Assembly (NCBI GenBank): GCA_051294905.1
Contig: CM119372.1
Coordinates: 11,844,001 to 11,908,000 of the forward strand
Direction: 5' to 3'
From: Botryllus schlosseri
Lineage: Eukaryota
DNA length: 64,000 bases
In this document: positions 54,030 to 64,000 of the stretch, one piece after another
Layout of the letters: every line of letters starts with the position of its first letter
How positions within the stretch are numbered: position 1 is the stretch's first letter
Program-made: the position numbers and the translations under genes
The notes under the pieces: generated by a model
Told to the model about the DNA's origin: nothing
What the model saw: the letters and a program-made list of their open reading frames with translations, nothing else
Databases searched by the model: none

Positions 54030-55057
54030 AGAGAGAGTGAGAGAGAGAGAGTCTTTATTTTCATCGAACCAAAATACATAACAAACGGCAGTGATGGTGG
54101 TACAGAAAATATGCGTGCACAGTATTCGGTATTAGATAGGAATGATCGATAAGACCGTGAAGGTCATCTAGTCTGATCACACCAGCATCAAACAGGTACA
54201 CTTGACTCTGAACAGTCTTGGCTGTAAAAAATGTTTAGCTAAGAAAGGAAAATAGAAAAAAAATTAACCAATGGTAGCAAATGATCAATGAAGCAATGTC
54301 TGGGCGAGGTAGGGCAACAGTGTTAGTGTAACGACAAGAGGTGATCAAGTAGGGCTTTTTTGAATCTATTATAAGGCAATTCACGGACATGTGGTGGTAA
54401 TGCATTCCAGATGATAGGTCCCGAGTAGTCGATTGATCTCTTAGTTAGGTTGCTATTGGGTGGGGGTAAGTAGATGTTTCCTTTAGACGAGGATCTCGTG
54501 TAATGGAAATGGACATGTTTAGCAGGTATGAAAAAGTCATCAAACACAGGAGGCAGACTATTGGAAAAATATTTGTGAACAACTTTTGATACTTCGAAGC
54601 GATATAGTTCGTCAACTCGCAAAATTCGATGCTTACGGTAGTAAGGCGATAAATTGGTACGTAAAGGTACAGATGAGATCAGCCGTATCGCACGGTTTTG
54701 CAGGGTTCGAATTCTGCACAAAAATGTTGTGCATGCATTTCCCCATACTACGATTCCATATTGCAGATGAGAGTGGAAAAGAGAGAAGTAGATGGTTCGT
54801 AGTACTGATCTGGAAACCAAAGATTGGAGACGGGTCATTATTCCCACACACCGAGCTAGTTTTGATATTGTGCATTCAATATGCTGCTTCCAAGACAATT
54901 TGGAATCAATGGTGACGCCGAGATATTTTGCTGAGTCACATATTGAGATTTGTTTATGATTGATGTTCACAGTGAAATTATGACTGGCATTATTTAAAAC
55001 GAGCATCTCGGTCTTATCTGCATTCCAACTTAGTTTGTTTGCTTGAAGCCATCTCGA
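54030..55057 (-). mobile_element. 5'-truncated non-LTR retrotransposon (L2/CR1 group) fragment
   Basis: ORF 54323-55006 is the C-terminal part of an RT ORF (AKYLGVTIDSKLSWKQHI, YFSLFHSHLQYGIVVWG, LQNRAIRLI, HYTRS, WNALP); 3' end AATAAA followed by a (CT)n tail at ~54030-54059. Confidence 0.9.
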
Positions 55058-55622
55058 ATATGGAATATATGATGGAATATATGATTGTTATAGAGGTTGC
55101 AGTCGCCAGTCAGTAATCACGGGTATAAAATTAGAAGGATAACGGTATATTTTATCTCTGATTGCTAACATCAAAGACAGTCAATAACTACCATATACTT
55201 TATACAAACATCGATACTCAATATGTAGGCCTACATACTTTACCTGCAGATATACGGTCGTAGGCCTACCACACTAATGCCACACGGTATAAGCTTACTA
55301 ACCTACTGGAATCTCGGTACGTTTTGCTTGATATAACAGGTGAGCACCGATGATTCTTCAAGTTAAAGTAATTTAATAAAAATAATAAAAAAATAAAACA
55401 TAGTGTGAGCACTATAAAGAGCATACAGGACACCGATTCCATACAGGCTTACTAGATCCATACCTTCTCGATCACCGATGATAAATATTATTCCATAAGT
55501 AAATAAACTGCGAGAAATAACCTGACCGACTTGCTTGAAATGAAAGAAAACCGACCGACCTTTTACAACCTAAGAGTTGTTAACCTAGTGTACCCTCTAA
55601 TAATATGGTGTCTGTTTTCCAC

Positions 55623-55631
55623 TTTCCCGCC
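55623..55631. promoter_or_regulatory. Candidate E2F site (TTTCCCGCC) in putative RBBP4/Timeless promoter
   Basis: Consensus match inside a small CpG-rich, non-repeat patch (~55490-55680) upstream of two replication/chromatin genes; a possible minus-strand donor (cag|gttatt) lies near 55522. Single short motif only. Confidence 0.35.
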
Positions 55632-55881
55632 ATGGCCCGCGAATGCGACCGAGCAGCAGCGAGCAAAGCAACAACCAACAAAAAGGCAAGTGAGCCATAA
55701 ATAGAGCACTCGAGCATATTATTATGATGTGTGATCGATATTTTGATAGAAGACGAAGACAGTGGCATGTTATGAATATATATATTATTTATGATCAGTT
55801 CACCACGCACTAAGGCAAGTTTTTGCAAATTTTTACAGCTTCCGGGACCTTCCTAAATACTCATAATGAATGTAGTGTGGT

Positions 55882-57150
55882 CAGGGCCGTAACAGCACTT
55901 CGTCAGCCCCCCCATCCCCCAAAAAAAAAACTTTGGTCTTGGGCCCCCATAGGGTTATAGACCGAACTTCTGGGGGGATTCGGCCCCCAGACCCCCTCCG
56001 GCGATACACTCTTTTACCGCTATTTATCATATTCATTATTAGTTTGTTTAGTGAATCAGCTTTTGTCGCCTAAGCGCGCGAAGCGCGAAAATTATCTAGA
56101 ATTCATGATTGAATCGGTCAGTATGATCGGGAATTGCATAGATATTGTTAACAATTTTCATCTTCTCTCTGCTCACGTAATCGGATTTGCCGGATGAGCT
56201 GAGTGAGGTGTGTATAGGACCACTCAATAATAATTAAACATCTTCGGGCGTATAGGCTACCCGTTGGCAGGCACGAAACAGCACCTCGTCAGGTCCCCCA
56301 AAACGTGGGTATTGGGCTCCCATAGGGTGATAAAACGACCCCCCCCCCCCATCACATTGTTCGCGTTTGTCACGAAATCATCTGTACTGTATTGTGAGCC
56401 AGCGCCAATCGCGAAAATTTTCGATAATTAATGATAAAATCGGTCAATCAGATCGGCGATTGCATATATATTATGCTATCAATTTATTGTCCTCTCTACT
56501 CACGTAATTAGATTTACCGGTAGAGCTGAGTGAAGTGTCTTGAAAACGGGAGGGCCCGTAAATAATAATTAAACATCTCTCGGGCGGGCGGACCCGTTGA
56601 TATGACTTCGTTACATGATGCTATTTCGTGACTTCCAGTCTGCTATATCAAAAAATATAGAATCGCCCAAACGTAGGCTTCTAAACTAAGCGACGCACAC
56701 GATTTAAAATTGGTATTTCTTCACTGGCATAAAATTTTTCCCAGCGGGATGGTATTTGTCTTGTGAGGTTCAGATTGCAAAGACAGAAACATTCGGCGCC
56801 AGTCATTAGGCGCCTACGGACGATTAAACCTATATGTATTTTGTATATATAACGAAGTCTTTGGTCAGCATAAGCGCATAGACCTTTTCGGCCAAGGTTT
56901 TCTCGCTGCCGATCGTTCTGGCACACTTCTTGTAGTCGCATGTTATATGGCCTAAAACTTGATTGTATGTATTGGTGGGTCGTGGCGCGGTAATGGCCCA
57001 ATACTCAATATTAAAGATAAATGGCTACTTGAATTCGCGCACCGCGCGAAAAAATTTTGAAAAAATTGCATAAATTTTCAAAAAATACTGTATGATTTAT
57101 GCTAATTCACGAAATAATTTTGGGCCCCCGTCGAGCTCGCCCCCCCCCAT
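55882..57150. mobile_element. Non-autonomous DNA element with internally duplicated left part, right end eroded
   Basis: Starts CAGGGCCGTAACAGCACTTCGTCA; ~55890-56250 is echoed at ~56277-56590; homologous to 18209-18688, which ends GTTACGGTCC. Confidence 0.65.
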
Positions 57151-57214
57151 GCTATAAAGCTATTTCTAGTATGATTTTCTCTTTAATATGTTCAACAAAG
57201 AGCTATGTAATGGA

Positions 57215-57402
57215 CAATGTTCCCTCTAAGCTGTGCAAATGCGCAGTGCTGCTGGCACGGTCTCTGCGCACAGAAAATCTAATTTGCGCACAAAGAATCC
57301 GAAGTGATAATCTTTTTTTAGGCGTTACGCACTGTTGTCCAAGGGTCTGCGCAGTGAGTTGATGAGTGTGCGCAGACACGTCAAAAATTAGAGGGAACAT
57401 TG
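57215..57402. mobile_element. Small hAT-type MITE
   Basis: CAATGTTCCCTCTAA...TTAGAGGGAACATTG; perfect TSD GTAATGGA; tgcgca motifs inside. Confidence 0.92.
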
Positions 57403-57527
57403 GTAATGGATTAGCTGCATCTTAATGCAATGGCTTGCAATATCGAATGCCTCTAATTTACTTCGCCTAGGCTAAGGTGGGAGTCTGATCTTAAAGGCTA
57501 CTCCAAGTTGCTTCGACACCTTCCTAT

Positions 57528-58503
57528 TAGGGATGGTGTGAACCTCTGAAAGGTTCAGGTTCGTGTGAACGCGAACCTTTTTGAAAGGTTCTGTTAGAAC
57601 ACTAACGTGAACCCCATGACGTCACATGACGCCACACTGCTAATTCCAACCCTACATTTCAGTGAAATGACAGCCTACATTATTGTACACGATTCCTAGC
57701 GACGATTCGCGCCACATAATGCCGCAATGCAGGGGCACTGACGTTTTAAACGTCGCCAAATTGGGCCATCAAATGATATAATAATCCCATAAAATCAATA
57801 TCTTCCGTCGATTTGCCAACAAATTTGACGAGGACTTGCAAGGGAATATAAGCTTACGGTCTAGGCCAGACCGGACAATGTATTCGGCGTCTGAGCATTG
57901 CTACGTTGATATTGAGCAGAGTGCAAAACGGGTTTCTGTACTTGCTACCGATATCACCCCTTAAACAAGTTATTCAGCAGTGACAAACACCCCAATCGAA
58001 TGGATTTGGTTTTTATGATACAATAAACATATGAAAACATAATTGGCCCGTATGCCTGATAGATTTTTTACATCTGAAAACGCCATCAATTTCATTGATT
58101 GTCTCAAGCATCATTCGCTGACTACATACATGTAGTGTATTTCGCTCTTGATGTTGCGTGATTGCGGGTCAAGCTCACAGCAGAGTCACTAAATATTCAC
58201 AAACGGTAAGTTGGATATTTCGAGTAAACTTTAGTTACAAACAAGTAAAATTTTTGAGATCGTCAAGGTGCATGCTCGTTTAGTGTTGATTCTCGTTATG
58301 CTGCCAGCGCCGTGCATAGAGTGGCCCGTAGTTGAAATGCAATACATTTCAACCAAAGATGTTATAATGAGGCGGAAATTATAATATATGCAAATGGTTC
58401 ACAGTCCAGAACCTACCAAGGTTCGTTTGTGAACGTGAACCTCTAAATTTCCGAGGTTCACACACAGAACGCGAACGTGAACCTCACGTTCACACCACCC
58501 CTA
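57528..58503. mobile_element. hAT-type MITE inserted into a LINE 3' UTR relic
   Basis: TAGGGATGGTGTGAAC...GTTCACACCACCCCTA; perfect TSD CTTCCTAT; gtgaac arrays near both ends. Confidence 0.92.
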
Positions 58504-58720
58504 CTTCCTATCTTTTTATTGTATCGCAGTCTTGTGATGTTTTGAAACGATGAAAATATTAATAAACCTGATTGATTGATTGATTGATTGTGACTATAGA
58601 ACGGAAACTCCCGTTTTCCCATTGTTAGGTCACGCTCGACTGAATCTAGTCGATTTGGTCAATCGCAGCGTAACAATCGCGACAATTTACCGTAGTTAAA
58701 TGGCATGTCACACTTATAGG

Positions 58721-59178
58721 TACTCGACTTTGATAACTAAATTACCAGCCTAATCAGTTAGTGGCAATCTTGAAACTTTCTACAGTGTTAGATGACATCA
58801 TCAAGAAATACAAGTCGAAAGCTAGTCGCTCATCAGGATATGCAACACAATCAAAATCCACATAGACCGATACCGGATTTTGCGAAAAATCCGTCACGCG
58901 CTAGGCTGCACGCACTGTACAGATTGTACAGAATGTGCACATACTCAACTTGGAGTACGAAATTACCAACCTAATCAGTTAGTGGTAATCTTGAAACTTG
59001 ATGGCACAGTGTTAGATGACATCATCAAGATATACCATTCGAAACCTAGTGTCTCATCTCGGTATTCAACACCATCAAAATCAACATAGACCTATGCTGG
59101 ATTTTGCGTAAAATCCGTAATTGGCTATAGGCTGTGCGCACCTATTATACATACTCGACTTCGATAAAGAAATTACTA
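58721..59178. repeat. Diverged ~215-220-bp tandem repeat (2 copies plus start of a third)
   Basis: tactcgactt...aaattacc...cctaatcagttagtgg...cagtgttagatgacatcatcaaga...ggattttgcg recurs at 58721, 58942 and 59152. Confidence 0.8.
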
Positions 59179-59420
59179 CGGCAGGTTTTTGCAACTTTTG
59201 CAATTTATATTACAGCTTCCGGCAGCTTCCTAAATACTTGGAAGTTATGTAGAATTCTGTTTTAAGCTGTTTCGAAGGAATCTTACAGTGCAACCTTTTG
59301 CAACTTTTGTCCATTTTTTTCATGCAACTTTTTCGATTTTTTATGAAACATTTTGCAAGTTTTTTTCGATTTTTCATGCAACCAACTTTTGACTGGAAAT
59401 ATATAGCAGTATATGTAAAT

Positions 59421-60468
59421 CAGTGGTCCCCAACCTGTGGTACGCGTACCTACGCGAAGGTGTTCCAGGTGGTACGCGAGTAGATTTCTTTTTTTTAATG
59501 AAGAGAGTTATTAGTTCAGTTGGGGTTTATTTTGAGTTTTCCGAAGCCATCGTCGTCGTGGGATGGTACGTCCGTGGTAAGATACGTCTTTTTTTCTCAC
59601 CAATTTGACATGTTGTGCCTACATGACCGGTCCATTCTCTGTTGATCCAGCCGACCTGCCTGTCGGGACTGGGGAGCAAGAGGAGTTCATAGATATCCAG
59701 GATCAGCAGACACCAAAGATGAAACACTAGGATTGTTCTCCATTATTCTTCTGGCTTAGCGTGGCCTCTTCGTACTCGACGCTAGCTTCTCACGCTATTC
59801 CCCAGCTGCTAATTTTCACTTCCACGTGGGACTGCGAGCAAGGATTTTCATCTCTGATGTCTATCAAGTCGAAGAAACGAAACCGACACTTGTTGCGCCC
59901 ATGCATGACTTTCGATGCGCTGCGAGCGTAGTGTCCTATATCGTGTGGACACAAGTAAATCTCACGGCGCAGTGAAATTGGTCTACGTCACACTTTCCAT
60001 TTGGTCAAAGGCAACTTTACGGCCATTTTTGACCGGCTTGCCGAGCGCTAAATTCGATAAAACGGGTATCAATGGAAAGCTGCTGCTGCACTGATTACGA
60101 AAATATAAATTTTATTCGACTGCTCCTGGTCCTGGAACCCCTAAAACCTGCCTCGAATTTTGGATTGTGATCGAGTTTTGACATTGTGACGCAACAATTC
60201 TGTCTGACAAAACGAGAGTGAAGTAAAAAGAAAAAGCCTAACAGCATTGTTGCGTCACAATTCAAAACTCGGTGGTGAAAAAACAATGCCATGCATCCCA
60301 CCAATCCTGGCTGATAACGCCTAGTTTAACAGAATATGTTATTTACACCTCGCATAGGTCAATTGCGCGATTATGACGTTATAAATGGTGGAACATATGT
60401 GGGTGGTACGCGAGCACTGCATATAACCTCGAAATGGTACGTGGGTGGGAAAAGGTTGGGAACCACTG
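59421..60468. mobile_element. hAT (Charlie-like) non-autonomous element
   Basis: CAGTGGTCCCCAACCT...AGGTTGGGAACCACTG with ggtacgcg motifs at both ends; flanks do not form a TSD. Confidence 0.7.
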
Positions 60469-61099
60469 CTATAGGGGGATTGGGGTGTGGTAATTGACTT
60501 GCTTCGTGGTTAATCGATTTGCTGTTTGAATTTTTGTGGACAATTATTTCCGCATTGCGTTATTTTCTTGCTGCGTATTGGCGAAACATGGAACTTTATG
60601 CGGTCTCACCAGGCAGTCCGTGAAATGGGAAAGTACCAAATTTGACAGCTCTGCAGGAGCGGACGACTAAATGCTGTCACGTGCATGACTTGAGACTAGG
60701 ACCAAGACAGACTTTTCATTGCAACTTCGAAGAATAGTAAATTTGCCACATTACTGGTATTTCGTCTATCAGTCCTAATAACTGGAATAAAGGGCCAGAA
60801 ACTGTTAACACTGGGGAAAATATAAACTATATTATGAAATCGAGCCATTCTACATCACTCGAACAGAGTTGTAAAAAGTGGGTTGAACCGGATTGAACTG
60901 AAAACTGAACAGTGAACATAATGACTTGGACTCGGACTTGACTCGGTGTTGAATTGAAATTGACTCGACTTGACTCGAGTCAATACTATAAAAGTGAGAT
61001 TGACTTTGTGAGAGACTCGGAACCTTGTGACACGGAGCATTGCGATTCGGTTGCAAGTTGCAACCCATGGTATTTTTAATCGAAGATCATGCTGATGGG

Positions 61100-61557
61100 C
61101 CTGGTTGCCCATCCAACAAGTCGCTGCTGAAGAGATTCGGCGTCCTAAACATAGAAGATATGCGGAAACTAGAAATAGCCAAGTTTATGTATCAGTTCCA
61201 CTGCGGTCGTAGCCCCTAATATTTCAATGAATTCTTTACCTCGGAATCAAAAGCGCACAAGTACAACACACGCGCGTCCACGTCGTCCAAATATCATATG
61301 TTCGACCGAAAAGATCATCACTCCATCAAATATGCCGGACCTGATGTGTGGAACAGTATCCCGCCAGCCATCCGACAGTCGACGAGCATGTCCAGTGTGC
61401 ATGCCTCCTCTTTACATCGCTTAGGCCAATGTGGGTGTTTGATTCCATATAGACTAATCCAAGTCGCTTCGACATCTTCCTGTCTATTCATTGTATCGCA
61501 TTTTTGTGGTGTATTGAACTGATAAAATTGCTAATAAACCAATGATGATGATGATGA
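61100..61557 (+). mobile_element. LINE (L2/CR1 group) 3' fragment
   Basis: Degenerate coding for LEIAKFMYQF...HKYNTR...SIKYAGPDVWNSIP, then 3' UTR, AATAAA and a (TGA)n tail. Confidence 0.8.
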
Positions 61558-62874
61558 AAATACATATTCTCTGCAAATTTATATTTTCTGCAAATTATAT
61601 TTTCTCAGATAATTTCCATGTGATGGCGCTAGAAAGTTATCATAAGTAGTTCAACAATTCTGCAATAATTGAAACACCATGTGTAAACTACATGTAAACT
61701 AGTCGCGCGCCATAAAGGCTTCTTCTGATCTGTAATGCAGGCGCAATAGAAGTTTTCAACAGTTTTAAAATTGTGTTGTTGGGACACATAGAAAACAAGA
61801 CGCCGTGAATAATCAGAATCGGATTCACAAAAAATAAAAGGTCGATTCCACATTCGTTATTTCCACAGTAGATCGGGAGATCGCCTAGTCTAGTTATTTA
61901 TACACTATAATCGATAGATGAATCTAATAGTTATATTCGTGAATCCTTGGCTATGCAGGTCTGAAACAGTTATCTTAAATTAAAAGCATTCACAATGATA
62001 TAAGTAGCCTAGGCTTATTACAGATAAAATTATACATTAAATTTACAACTAGGCTATGCTGTACAGGACAAGGATAATGTTTCTATATGCAAGGGTTACG
62101 GTCACCGTAGAAGTGAGAAATTGAAGATGATGTGCTAACATTAGAGAACGTGTTCAAGCTTAGCAGATTCTCCAGTTCTATTGAATAACTAGAAAGCGCT
62201 GGCAATAAGTAACTTATGGTCGGCATGTGCGTCATTCACTTTCATTACTAGTCGTTTTATGTTATTCGTTCTTTCTTTTCACCCAGTGTGCGATGCACAT
62301 TGCTTATGCCCGGGTGGGTGTCTGATTTCAAAGACTTCTCCAATGTTTCGACACCTTGCCATTGTATCGCGGTCTAGTGATGCCATGAAATTATGAAATT
62401 ATATTAATAAACTGATACTGATACTTCCCAAAACGAATTTTCGGATCGTAAATGAAATTCCTACAGTTTTCAACTCGCGATGAAGGCTACATACAGAACC
62501 GACCGACTTGGATAAGTTGTTTAAGTTCTATTTTGCTCTCTATATGTTGATTTGTTGACCAGCAGCACGCGACCAAGCTTTTTTTCTCACGTGACCGATT
62601 TATGATAAGCTCTGTCTCTTCTTTTATGATTCGAAACTCTCGTACACGTCACAAATGGGAGACGACCGGTGGCCGCGATGCCGGGCGCTTGACATTGGCA
62701 AACGAGATAATATAAGATAAGTCATTCATGGAAAGGTTATGGAGTTTCAAATATTTCATCGTGACATGGTCAGGAGTTTATGGTACGATCGTAATTGGAA
62801 AACTATGATATATATGGACGACTTCAAGAAATAATTAATTTATTGCTTTTTAACAGATAGCACATAATATATTA

Positions 62875-63982
<1,108 letters not shown>

Positions 63983-64000
63983 TAGAACATCTTGAATATA

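Noticed and set aside
56681..57001. 106-aa ORF inside a DNA element as a transposase remnant
   Set aside because: No hAT or DDE motifs recognisable.

Overview
Eukaryotic, intron-dense DNA from an invertebrate chordate, probably a tunicate (inferred from ~55-70 nt minimal introns and gene content). Four genes are supported. (1) The 3' part of a giant nebulin-family gene on + (94..30108): about 67 SDxxYK modules, mostly one per exon, then a linker and a C-terminal SH3. (2) A complete multi-exon Timeless (Tim2/TIMELESS type) on - (30349..50909), tail-to-tail with nebulin. (3) An intronless RBBP4/7 CDS on - (51964..53265), about 1 kb upstream of Timeless. (4) The start of a Fezf zinc-finger gene on + (62875..>63958). 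Large introns and the intergenic DNA are filled with transposon relics: a degenerate Sola2-like element with ~570-bp TIRs, at least 13 hAT-type MITEs with 8-bp TSDs (three are near-complete fold-backs), a tRNA-derived SINE and L2/CR1-group LINE 3' fragments. Most notable are a 7-module nebulin super-repeat whose signature is not the vertebrate one, and a possible shared RBBP4-Timeless transcription unit. Exons were assembled by eye and no database search was run.
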